Of a stretch of DNA of 64,000 nucleotides, positions 10,124-19,465 are shown in pieces. Each line of letters opens with the position of its first letter. The first letter of the stretch is position 1. The notes under the pieces were generated by a model. The model was not told the DNA's origin and did no database searches. It was given only the letters and a program-made list of their open reading frames with translations. Made by a program: the position numbers and the translations under genes. Source of the DNA: an uncultured Acidimicrobiia bacterium (lineage in GTDB: Bacteria > Acidobacteriota > Terriglobia > Versatilivoradales > Versatilivoraceae); NCBI GenBank assembly GCA_963786955.1, contig CAWBAT010000005.1, positions 1,312,001 through 1,376,000 of the forward strand, read 5' to 3'.

Positions 10124-11047
10124 TTAGCGTTTTGACCGGGATCTTGATTTCGATGACGTCTTATCCAATCGCTCCCCTAAAGCAGCACGCAAGTCATGAT
10201 GGGCCTCTTTTAACCTTCTCAGAGCTTCGACACGGCCTAACCCGCATTTCGACATAACCACTGCCAGTTTAAGATTTCCTCTTGCTTCAGCCAAGGTTTT
10301 GCTCGCCCTTTCATAATTCATACCCGTTGCCGCCATGATGATTCTGCATCCGCGCTCCCGTAACTTCTCGTTCTGCATTTGAACATTAATCATCAGGTTA
10401 CTGTATACATATCCCATTCGGATCATTGCGGACGTAGAAATCATATTGAGAACGAGCTTCTCCGCTGTTCCGGCTTTCATACGAGTTGATCCTGTGAGAA
10501 TCTCCGGTCCAACGACCGGAGCGATAGATACGTCAGCAATTTTCGCCATCCTTGAACTTGGGTTACAGCTAATACTGATCACTTGGGCGCGAATGGATTG
10601 AGCATACTTCATTGCCCCCATCGTGAAAGGTGTGTTTCCGCTGGCAGCAATACCTGCGACCACGTCATTTGAACACAATTTTCTGCGTTTCATGGCAGTC
10701 GCACCTGCTTTTTCATTATCTTCGACTGCCTCTACAGATTGAAAAAGGGCTCTTACGCCTCCTGCAATAACTCCTTGCACTCGCATTGGGCTGACGTCAA
10801 ATGTCGGCGGGCATTCACTTGCATCAAGCACGCCCAGGCGTCCGCTCGTTCCGGCTCCAACGTAGATCAACCGTCCGCCCTTTTTGAAGGCCGCTACGAG
10901 CAAATCAACTGCTCTGACAATTTGAGGGATCTCACGGGCCACAGTCGAAGCAACAATCTGATCTTCGCGATTAATCATTCGCAAGATTTCTTCTGTAGAT
11001 TTGAGGTCGATCTCAAGGGAATTCGGGTTTCGATCTTCAGTTAGCAA
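10124..11047 (-). CDS. murQ: N-acetylmuramic acid 6-phosphate etherase
   Basis: GAGTSGRLGVLDASECPPTF, GPEILTGSTRMKAGTA; start set at TTG 11047 because the ORF-track extension to 11143 reads through a REP. Confidence 0.92.
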   Translation of the reverse strand: MLTEDRNPNSLEIDLKSTEEILRMINREDQIVASTVAREIPQIVRAVDLLVAAFKKGGRLIYVGAGTSGRLGVLDASECPPTFDVSPMRVQGVIAGGVRALFQSVEAVEDNEKAGATAMKRRKLCSNDVVAGIAASGNTPFTMGAMKYAQSIRAQVISISCNPSSRMAKIADVSIAPVVGPEILTGSTRMKAGTAEKLVLNMISTSAMIRMGYVYSNLMINVQMQNEKLRERGCRIIMAATGMNYERASKTLAEARGNLKLAVVMSKCGLGRVEALRRLKEAHHDLRAALGERLDKTSSKSRSRSKR

Positions 11048-11107
11048 GTTATCGGGCCTTTGTTTAGAATATAGCTGGATCCTTATACAGTGCTTAGGGA
11101 ATGGTCG

Positions 11108-11214
11108 GGTAGGGAGTGCTCGTTGAGCCCGCCACAAAACCAAGAATTGGCAAGGTGTCTTAGCGAGACCGCCTTACCAACAACTGTCCTACCAACAATC
11201 ACCTTACCGACGAA
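11108..11214. repeat. Degenerate REP doublet plus three 15-bp tandem copies of the REP end
   Basis: GGTAGGGAGTGCTCGTTGAGCCCGCC..GAGACCGCCTTACC; units CGCCTTACCAACAAC / TGTCCTACCAACAAT / CACCTTACCGACGAA. Confidence 0.7.
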
Positions 11215-11230
11215 CCGCCCGCCTATGGCA

Positions 11231-12274
11231 TTAGAGTGTCTTTGTAACTTTTTGTAATGATCGGGGTCGGTCTGGGCTCAGTCCTTTAACCTCTGATAGA
11301 AATGCCGCAAAAAGTTGTCCCGGAACAATGTAAGGGATTGGCGAAAGAAATTCATTGATCTTTTGAGGCACCCGAATTTCACGGGTAGCCAGTTTCAAAA
11401 TAGACGGTTCACTCGAAATGATGAGGGTCTCTGCTCTAAGCCGCCGGAGTTGTTGAGAGAGTGTGAGCATATTACTGTAGGTCTTCCCGGGAGGCGCGAA
11501 GACAAAGACAGGAAAACCCTTCTCAATCATGGCTACGGGCCCGTGCTGAAAGTCGGCAGAAGAGAACCGTTCTGAAATCACGTAACAGGTTTCCATTAGC
11601 TTGATGGCCAATTCATACACATTCGCATAGTTCAGCCCTCTACCCACGACAATGCAATGGTCCATGAAACGATAGCGTTCGACGATCGACTCAATCTGAG
11701 GGGACAATTTTAGAACTTCGGATGTCATCTCAGGAATGCGCTGCAAACGATCCACGCCTTTACCATTCTGCAGTGCCGAAGCTAAAAGATAAAAAATAAG
11801 AAGCTGCGCCGTGTAAGTCTTGGTAGCCGCCACGCTAAGCTCCCTTCCGGCCCGAATCAGAAAGAACTCATGCACAATCTCACAAATCGGTGAATCGGCT
11901 TCGTTGGTAATCCCCAGCGTCATTGCACCGGAATTTCGGGCACTCTCCAAGACATAGTTGACATCGGTTCCTTCCCCTGATTGGGAGATTCCCACGACGA
12001 GCGCGTCTTTCATTCTTAACTTTGAATGGTAAAGAGTGTGAACCGACGGGGCGGCCAGAGAGACTGGAATTTTCAAAGCAATCTCAAGCAAGTATCTCCC
12101 AAACAACGCGGCATTGTCTGAAGAACCGCGCGCGACCAGGACAATCAAACGGATATCACGAGACGAGAGGAATTTTCCGAACTGGAGCACTTTTCTGGTT
12201 TCCAATTGCAAAGTTCGAGCGAGTGCCTCCGGCTGCTCCGCAATTTCTTTCAACATGAGAGACGATATCTTCAT
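11231..12274 (-). CDS. SIS-domain protein, probable glucosamine-6-phosphate deaminase (GlmS isomerase-like, NagB-II type)
   Basis: EIAEQP, ARGSSDNAA, ISQSGE, VAATKTY, HGP, C-terminal LQKVTKTL; no glutaminase domain; next to murQ and nagA. Confidence 0.8.
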   Translation of the reverse strand: MKISSLMLKEIAEQPEALARTLQLETRKVLQFGKFLSSRDIRLIVLVARGSSDNAALFGRYLLEIALKIPVSLAAPSVHTLYHSKLRMKDALVVGISQSGEGTDVNYVLESARNSGAMTLGITNEADSPICEIVHEFFLIRAGRELSVAATKTYTAQLLIFYLLASALQNGKGVDRLQRIPEMTSEVLKLSPQIESIVERYRFMDHCIVVGRGLNYANVYELAIKLMETCYVISERFSSADFQHGPVAMIEKGFPVFVFAPPGKTYSNMLTLSQQLRRLRAETLIISSEPSILKLATREIRVPQKINEFLSPIPYIVPGQLFAAFLSEVKGLSPDRPRSLQKVTKTL

Positions 12275-12291
12275 TTAATAAAAGTCCTGTT

Positions 12292-12413
12292 GGTAGGGCG
12301 CGCTCGCCGAGCGCCCGGCAGTCTCAGCGAGACCGACCTACCAACCCCCCTTAAGTCCCCCCTTGGCGAAGGGGGACACTTTCCACGGTGGTTTCAGCGA
12401 GATCGCTTCACCT
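12292..12413. repeat. REP doublet, hairpin and REP composite
   Basis: GGTAGGGCGCGCTCGCCGAGCGC; GTCTCAGCGAGACCGACCTACC; CCCCTTAAGTCCCCCCTTGGCGAAGGGGGAC. Confidence 0.8.
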
Positions 12414-15239
12414 GTGCTTCTTTGAGCTAGCCTCAATTACTTTGACGACTGCATCGGAAAAATGCCGACGAAATTCTCGAATGGCGTTGTTTTTTCGAGA
12501 TGGATAGATTCGATTCGTGAGGAGAACCATGAAAAGTTCCCGAGAAGGGTCAATCCAAATCGAAGTCCCCGTGAACCCCGTGTGGCCGAATGCATTTGAA
12601 GAAAGTAGGTTCCCTGCAGAGCTCCCTTCCGAAGGGGTATCCCATCCCAGAGCGCGACTGCTGTTGGCCGGTTCCCTCTGCCGAGCCGTGAATTTCTCGA
12701 GCGTGCTTTGGAAAACCACCCGATGGTGATCGTAAACTCCCCCGTTCAGTATCATCTGGCAAAAAATGGCCAGGTCTCCGGAGGTTCCGAACAATCCGGC
12801 ATGGCCAGCAACTCCTTCCATAGCAAAAGTGTTCTCGTCGTGAACTTCACCTTGAAGCAAACGTTTTCTCCACGGGTCGAGCTCAGTGGGCGCTATTTTG
12901 GATTTCAAGTTAGCGGGAGGGTTAAACAGAGTATGGCACATTCCTAGCGGCTGAAAGATTCGCTCGAAGGAAAGGGTGTCCAGCGTCATCCCGGTTAATT
13001 TTTCGATGATATCACCCAGCAGGATTATTCCGAGATCACTGTATACTGCTTTGCAGCCTATCTTAAACTCTAAAGGGAGATTGAGAATCTTTTTAACCAT
13101 TTCCTGTTTTCCGCAAACGCGGCGATATAAAGGCCGGTGTGCAGGCAATCCCGACGTGTGCGTCAGCAGGTGAAACAAAGTAACCTTTTCTCTTCCACCT
13201 CCTGTGAATGATGGGTAAAAGCGGATGAGCGGATCGTCCAACTTCAATTGTCCTTGTTCGAAGAGTTGCATTGCGAGAGTCGTTGTAGAAACGACTTTTG
13301 TCAGCGAAGCCAGATCATAGAGGGTGCCCGCTGTCACAGCAGGGCTTTTCGCGGAGTAGGAAAACTTGCCATAGCCGTGGTGAAAAACGAGGCTGTTGCG
13401 GTATCCAATAGCCACCGAGCCCCCCGGAAAGGATCTTTTTTCGATTTCCTGTTGGAAAAGATTACCCAGTGTCTCCTGAAGGGCTGAGCGCCATGCTAAT
13501 AACTCTTTCGAAGTACCTTGACTCTTTGCTGATGATAAACCTGTCAAACGCATTTCGATCCTGTTGCGAAGGATTCCTGTGCCTAGTTCCGCGATCTTGG
13601 GGATCGAAATTGGCAGCCTTCCACCCGTGTCAATCTCACCCAAAAGGGCTTTGACCGCCGAACGCTGGGAGACATCTGCGTTGCTGAATGTGCACAGGTA
13701 TAAAGGAATTTGGGGGAATCCCTCAATAATGTAAGGGTTTCCAAATGCAATGGTGGCGACGGGTTGATTCAGTGACGAAAGTCTTTGAATCCAATTCGCC
13801 AGATTCTCTGGCAGTCCGACCGTGCCGGTCGCCGTGACCACCCTCGCAAACGCGGCACAAATGATGAAGTCTGCTTGAGCGGCAGATTGGTAAGCTGCCT
13901 CCATTTCAGACCGTGTTGATGATGAGGAAATTCGTGAAAAGGAAATTCGCTCGAGCCGACTTTTCAATTCTGTTTCGAAAACACCGGTCTCCTCTTGTGC
14001 TCCTCTCCCCAAGACAAGACTGACATGCACCAACCGTAGACGGCGAACGTCCACCGGAACAATCTTGCATTGGTCGCGGACCAGCGTCACGGAGGCATCC
14101 GAAAACTCTTGCACTTTTTCCTGCAATCTCGGGTTATTGATCACCCGGCTGACCTGTCGCAAGGTGAAGCGAGGTCTTTTGGTCAACCCTAACCAGGCTT
14201 TGGCGTTCAAGATTTTGTTGACAGAATGGTCAATTCGATACGGATCAATTTCCTTCCTGCGCACCGCACTGAGCAGCGCTTCGTAGACAACGCCTGGAGT
14301 CGGGGGGTCAAGCAAAACATCTACCCCGGCATTTACAGCTCGAACCGCTGCATCTCCCACCCAATAGTTTTCGGCAAGTCCAGACATGGTCAAGGAGTCC
14401 GTCACGATAATATTTGAAAAGCCCAATTCCTTTTGGAGGATATCCGTCAGTACTCGTTTTGAAAGCGTTGCAGGAAGTCCCGGAGTTGGCTCTATGGATG
14501 GGACACTGACATGCGCCGACATGACTGACCAAACACCAGCCCGTATTGCTTCCCTGAATGGAGTCCACTCGACCGATTCAAGTCTTTTTCGCCCGGCATG
14601 AATGACAGGCAGTGACAAATGGGAATCAACACTGGTATCACCATGCCCGGGAAAATGCTTGGCGGTTGCCAGGATGCCGGTTTCCTGTACCCCTCGAATG
14701 AATGCGACGCCCAAACGGGCCACTAATTCAGGATTGCCACCGTAAGATCGAATGTTGATCACCGGGTTGGCGGGGTTGTTGTTGACGTCCAGCACCGGTG
14801 CAAAAATCCAATTCACCCCTAGGGCCCGAGCTTCTTGCCCGGTGAATTTGCCCTGAAGATAGGTCCACTCTTCCGAACCGGTTGCCCCAATGGCCATGTT
14901 CCAGGGAAGTGAAAGGGTATTGCGGATTCGGAAACTGGCTCCCCTTTCAAAATCAGAGGAAATAAAGAGAGGTATTCCAGCAACTGTCTGGAGCCGGTCG
15001 ATCAATACAGCGGATTCATAAACGTCACCGGCATACAAAATGAATCCACCGACATGGTAATGCGTGATTTGACGTTTGAGTTCAAGGAACTCTGGACTTG
15101 ACGAACTCAGGTAGATCCCTCGGAAGGCTGGCATGATCATCTGCCCGACCTTCTCTTCAAGCGATAGCTTTCGAAAAGTCTTTTTGACCCAAGCCAAGTC
15201 TAGGGACTTCCTGGAGTTAATTTTCTTGTTAGGAACCAT
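12408..15239 (-). CDS. GH3 beta-N-acetylglucosaminidase fused to a beta-lactamase-fold serine hydrolase
   Basis: KHFPGHGDTSVDSH (NagZ signature), SDFERG; C-terminal ASLTK (SxxK), YSD, GHTGFTGT. Confidence 0.9.
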   Translation of the reverse strand: MVPNKKINSRKSLDLAWVKKTFRKLSLEEKVGQMIMPAFRGIYLSSSSPEFLELKRQITHYHVGGFILYAGDVYESAVLIDRLQTVAGIPLFISSDFERGASFRIRNTLSLPWNMAIGATGSEEWTYLQGKFTGQEARALGVNWIFAPVLDVNNNPANPVINIRSYGGNPELVARLGVAFIRGVQETGILATAKHFPGHGDTSVDSHLSLPVIHAGRKRLESVEWTPFREAIRAGVWSVMSAHVSVPSIEPTPGLPATLSKRVLTDILQKELGFSNIIVTDSLTMSGLAENYWVGDAAVRAVNAGVDVLLDPPTPGVVYEALLSAVRRKEIDPYRIDHSVNKILNAKAWLGLTKRPRFTLRQVSRVINNPRLQEKVQEFSDASVTLVRDQCKIVPVDVRRLRLVHVSLVLGRGAQEETGVFETELKSRLERISFSRISSSSTRSEMEAAYQSAAQADFIICAAFARVVTATGTVGLPENLANWIQRLSSLNQPVATIAFGNPYIIEGFPQIPLYLCTFSNADVSQRSAVKALLGEIDTGGRLPISIPKIAELGTGILRNRIEMRLTGLSSAKSQGTSKELLAWRSALQETLGNLFQQEIEKRSFPGGSVAIGYRNSLVFHHGYGKFSYSAKSPAVTAGTLYDLASLTKVVSTTTLAMQLFEQGQLKLDDPLIRFYPSFTGGGREKVTLFHLLTHTSGLPAHRPLYRRVCGKQEMVKKILNLPLEFKIGCKAVYSDLGIILLGDIIEKLTGMTLDTLSFERIFQPLGMCHTLFNPPANLKSKIAPTELDPWRKRLLQGEVHDENTFAMEGVAGHAGLFGTSGDLAIFCQMILNGGVYDHHRVVFQSTLEKFTARQREPANSSRALGWDTPSEGSSAGNLLSSNAFGHTGFTGTSIWIDPSRELFMVLLTNRIYPSRKNNAIREFRRHFSDAVVKVIEASSKKHR

Positions 15240-15301
15240 CAGAACGTCAGGACTACTACAGACAAAATAAGAATCCCAATAAGGCTGACTCGCCTATCCA
15301 T

Positions 15302-16276
15302 TTATCGAAATCGAGGTAAATGGACCACATCTTCAGTTGGGACCAACTCGAGTGGTTTTCCAGAGCGCTGCCAAGCCGTGAATCCCCCTTCGATGGCATA
15401 GGCATTGTATCCATTCTCCCGGAGAATATACGCCACACGGGCGCTGGTTGCTTCGCGCAGTCAGGTGCAATACAAGTAGATTTCTTTATCTTTCGACAGC
15501 TGGTGCATTTCATGCGGGAGACTGTTTGGCTCAAGGCGAATCGAACCGGGGATCCTCATGGCTCCAACATCATAGTACCCGTGGCTTCGCGTATCCGCGA
15601 CAATGACTTTTTCCTTGCTCTCTTGCGAGTTCAACTTCTCTGCCAATTCCTTTACTTGAATTCTAGGTACGTCTCTAAATCGTCGACTTTTCCTGTAGTT
15701 GCGGAGTCGTTGGATGAGATAGAGCGTCAGGCAAAACAACAGTATCCATTCGACTACCTGCGTGTACGACGTAAAGCCAAGAAGGATTTCAGTCAGTAAA
15801 TGGCTGAAGAAGAATCCGAGGCCGAAGAAAGGGAGAACATAGAGGCAAGATGCCAGGATGTCCCAGCCAAGGAACTCCAGCACCCTCATGTTCATACTTC
15901 CCGCCATCGGAGGAGCCATGGTATTCACTGCCGGGATAAACTTGGAAAACAACAAGGTCAACCGGCCATGTTTGTAGAAAGACTCGGCAGATCTTAAGAT
16001 ACAATCTTCGGGGTTGTCAAAAAAGCGACAAAGAAAACCCAGGATAGCCCAGCCTGTATAGCGGCCTGCCAGAAAAAGAAGGAAATCTCCCAATAACATG
16101 GACACGATAGCGAGTGGAATTACCTTGGAAAATGCGAGTGTTCCAAATGCACAAGCCGCTCCACCGGCCACGAGTATCGGCACAGCAGGCAATGGGAGTC
16201 CAATGGCTTCAAGAAATACGTTGAAGAATATGATCCAGTATCCGTAGTGCTTGAGGAGATTGCCGACCTCTAGCAT
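15302..16276 (-). CDS. DedA/VTT-rhodanese fusion, probable selenoprotein (in-frame UGA at 15461-15463)
   Basis: DedA motifs (GLPLPA, GDFLLF..GRY.G, SKFIPAV); ORF stops mid-rhodanese at YLYCT-UGA and the same frame continues LREATSARVAYILRENGYNAYAIEGGFTAWQRSGKPLE..TAA at 15302. Confidence 0.8.
15424..15460 (-). promoter_or_regulatory. Putative bacterial SECIS element
   Basis: Hairpin GCGCC-CGUGU-GGCGU (15444-15430), apical loop 21 nt after the UGA and containing GU; possible lower GAA/UUC stem. Confidence 0.55.
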
Positions 16277-16492
16277 ATCCTGTCATCCTTAACTATTGGC
16301 TGATCTGCCCTGCTTCCGAATGAAAGTAGAAAGGAAAACTATTTCATTGTAACTGAAAACCTTGACAGATGAGGGGAAGAATTCATGAGCCTTAGAGAGG
16401 CGTTTCGGGGCACTCTTTGAGTTTAAAGGTCTTTTGGTGTGATGGGAAGCGGGTCAAGCTATTCGCTCCTTGCCAGGGGCAATCCCACGGAG

Positions 16493-16930
16493 TTAGTAAC
16501 TCCCCCCGGCAATGTAAGATTCCAGTTGCTCAATCATAAACTCCTGATCAGAGATGATCGCTTTTACAACATCGCCGATTGAGATAAGCCCGATGACACG
16601 CCCTCCCTCTAGGACGGGAAGATGCCGGATATGTTTGTCAGTCATTCGCGCCATGCAATCTCTCACGGAATGGGAAGGACTGACACAATCGACTTTCTCA
16701 GTCATGATCTCGCAAACAGGCGTGTCTTTGGAGGATTTTCCATGGAGGATGACTTTTCGGGCATAGTCCCTTTCTGAAAAGATACCCCTTAGTTCTGCAC
16801 GTTCAAGCACAACCAAAGCCCCTACATTCTTTTCCGCCATGACTTGTAGAGCTTCAAAGACACTTGATTCCGGGGTAACCGACCAAACAGCAGATCCTTT
16901 AATTTTCAGAAGTTGATGGACAGTCATCAC
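16493..16930 (-). CDS. CBS-domain protein
   Basis: Two CBS motifs: GIFSERDYARKV, IRHLPV..GLISIGDVVK. Confidence 0.9.
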   Translation of the reverse strand: MMTVHQLLKIKGSAVWSVTPESSVFEALQVMAEKNVGALVVLERAELRGIFSERDYARKVILHGKSSKDTPVCEIMTEKVDCVSPSHSVRDCMARMTDKHIRHLPVLEGGRVIGLISIGDVVKAIISDQEFMIEQLESYIAGGSY

Positions 16931-17168
16931 GGGTACCTCCCCTAAAGATAAAATTGAGTCCGTACAATCTCAGGCCCGCCGACGGCTGTATGCCGTTTGT
17001 CATCTCGTCTACTGGAGTCCTGTCGTGAGACAATTCAGTTGAATCTGTGATTGGTTCTTAGGATAACCCTTTGGGCGAAAAGAAGCAATACGGATTTGAC
17101 AAGTTAGGGGAAGGGATTTCTCCGCCCCGGAGTAACTCGCATCAGTAACGTAAATTCACTGAATCGAC

Positions 17169-17996
17169 TTATTTCTCCCCATAAATCGACCCCTCAGCTT
17201 TCGGCTGGGCGCTCACTCCTCCGCGTACCTTATTCAGCAAGTCGCTGGCCGCACTCTTCATCATGCCCAGCTCCGTGTTGGCTTGAAAAAACCGGAACCC
17301 CTCTGAGACTAATTGTTTGATTTCTTCAGGGTTCCCGCTTGGATAACCGACAGGGACACCATATTTCTTACCGGCAGCCAACACCTTCGAGACGGCTTCC
17401 TTTACTAGAGGATGATGGCGCTGACCGCCAACGCCTAATGAGTAAGACAAATCGCTTGCTCCGATGAAGAGCACATCGATACCCGGGACGGAGGCAATCT
17501 GTTCAATATTCTCCACAGCTTGCTTTTGTTCGATGATCGTGATTACCAGAACATTCTCATTGGCAAATTGCGTATACTCCTGCCCCACATAGTCCCAACG
17601 AGGGATCGCTAAACTGGGCCCAAATCCTCGGATCCCCAAGGGCGGATATTTGCAGGATTGGACGGCCTGTTCTGCCAGCTCCCGTGTGCTTGTAAAAGGG
17701 AAGCAGACGCCGAGGCTTCCGATATCCAGAACACGCTTTGCCATCCAAGGCTCATTTACCGGGACCCGTGTCATCGGAACGGCCTGCATCCCACGGGTTG
17801 CCAGGATCATGGAGCGCACCGTTTCAAGAGTTACTGGACTGTGTTCCATCTCGATCCATAGAAAATCAAACCCGCTGCTTGCCAATGTGGCGGCGACATC
17901 CGGGCTAGCTATCGTAATCGTGGCGCCGATCACCGGTTTGCCCTGCTTGAGTGCCAACTTCATAGGGTTTTGGAAAATCATGTTTGCATCAGTCAT
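17169..17996 (-). CDS. HpcH/HpaI family class II aldolase
   Basis: GFDFLWIEMEH, YPPLGIRG, IDVLFIGASDLS. Confidence 0.85.
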   Translation of the reverse strand: MTDANMIFQNPMKLALKQGKPVIGATITIASPDVAATLASSGFDFLWIEMEHSPVTLETVRSMILATRGMQAVPMTRVPVNEPWMAKRVLDIGSLGVCFPFTSTRELAEQAVQSCKYPPLGIRGFGPSLAIPRWDYVGQEYTQFANENVLVITIIEQKQAVENIEQIASVPGIDVLFIGASDLSYSLGVGGQRHHPLVKEAVSKVLAAGKKYGVPVGYPSGNPEEIKQLVSEGFRFFQANTELGMMKSAASDLLNKVRGGVSAQPKAEGSIYGEK

Positions 17997-18195
17997 TGTC
18001 TTTGTCAGTAACCTTTCAATATTGAGGTGATCTGGAACAAATGAATTTGATAAGATTCTCTCAGCTTTCGACTATCTTAACAGAGGCCCCTTCTTAGCTC
18101 ACCTCTAATCTTTTTTTCGTTTGGGACATCCGAGGGAATGCTTTCCATCATTCGTATTGGAATGTGGATTATCGCGGCTCCTGAGTGAACTTTCG

Positions 18196-19227
18196 TCATT
18201 GCGTTCGAATGTTATAGACGTAGGTAAGCTGCACAGTAATGAGTTCCCCTTTGAAAGCAGCTGGGAAACCTGGGAATGGCTCGGAGAGTTTCACCGAAGA
18301 AATCGCCGCCCGATCATAAGGAGAAAGGCCGGAACTCCTCAGCACCTCGAGGTTATCAATTCGACCGTTGTTGCGAACATCGAAAATAAGAACCACCCTG
18401 CCTTTAGTCCGAGTCCGGATCAATTCAGGAATGACCGAAAACCAATTGTCTCGAACTCGGTAATAGATCAGATGCAGCCAGGGAGAGAAATCAACACCCT
18501 GAGTATCGCTAACGATCGCTGGTTGTTCAACTGAAAAGTCCGGGTTGCGATGATCAAAGTTATGGGTGGAAATACCTCCTGCCCCACCCTGGCCGTAATT
18601 CCCGCTCTGCCGAGCCTTTTCTATGGCGCTTTGAATTGAAAAACCTGGAGATTCCAGGCTCTCATTGATTTCACGCAGACTCCGTGGAGTGGGTCTTGCA
18701 GACGCACCAGAAGGCTGAGTTGATTGTAACGCTGAGTCCTGCTTCACCTCAGTTTCGTCGGACCGGCTTGACGGTTGTCCTCCGGTAACATTCGGGGTCA
18801 ACGGAGAGGGCGACACCGCAGGGGGTGTCGGCTCAAATTTCGAAAGGCCTGGAGAAGGTGATCGTTCCGGTCCCGGGGTATTTTTCTCAGGATAAGGAGC
18901 GTGCAGCTTTTTGACTTCTAACCCTGGTGACTTAGCCTTAATGGTGTGGTCTTGATCAGGGAGGGGAGGGGTCTTTGATTTTTGCACATATTTCTGGTAA
19001 TCCTGGCTCAAAGCCAGCAGCCCAAGAGGTTTTGAGTCTTCCAGGCCGGCGGGAGTACTCCGAACCAAGCGCTTCTCATCGGTGCGGGTCAGAATTTTGG
19101 GACTCACCAGGATGAAAATAATGAGGAGCAAATGCAGAACCAAAGAAGCCAGATAAGCTTCTCGCCTTCTGTGGGAGGCTTTATCATCTTCAAAGCGGAA
19201 GGTTAATAACTGAAGATCATCACTCAT
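18196..19227 (-). CDS. TonB/TolA family energy transducer
   Basis: N-terminal TM SLVLHLLL, Pro-rich linker, C-terminal RSSG..YDRAA..PFP domain. Confidence 0.8.
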   Translation of the reverse strand: MSDDLQLLTFRFEDDKASHRRREAYLASLVLHLLLIIFILVSPKILTRTDEKRLVRSTPAGLEDSKPLGLLALSQDYQKYVQKSKTPPLPDQDHTIKAKSPGLEVKKLHAPYPEKNTPGPERSPSPGLSKFEPTPPAVSPSPLTPNVTGGQPSSRSDETEVKQDSALQSTQPSGASARPTPRSLREINESLESPGFSIQSAIEKARQSGNYGQGGAGGISTHNFDHRNPDFSVEQPAIVSDTQGVDFSPWLHLIYYRVRDNWFSVIPELIRTRTKGRVVLIFDVRNNGRIDNLEVLRSSGLSPYDRAAISSVKLSEPFPGFPAAFKGELITVQLTYVYNIRTQ

Positions 19228-19465
19228 GAGGCTGGGCCACTGACATGGTAGGGGAAAAGCATTATTCAGGAGGGAAGGGAATTACCTTGGTGTCCCTTAG
19301 TGAACGCCAATCCTAATTTCGGTGATTTCTTCCCACCCTCTGGGGAATCATGTCGAGAGACTCATGGGGTTTGGCTTCCATCCTCCCAACCGCTCCGTAG
19401 AGGAGAAGGGGCGAAATCCGAGTTTCGTTTGCAGGCATCCAGCCAACTTGAACAGATGGCTCTGG

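Noticed and set aside
12408-13450. Beta-lactam resistance gene
   Set aside because: The serine-hydrolase fold fused to GH3 in a recycling operon is better explained as a muropeptide hydrolase
15256-15799. 92-aa (-) and 159-aa (+) ORFs near the DedA end
   Set aside because: They overlap the rhodanese frame, which explains the region once the UGA is read through
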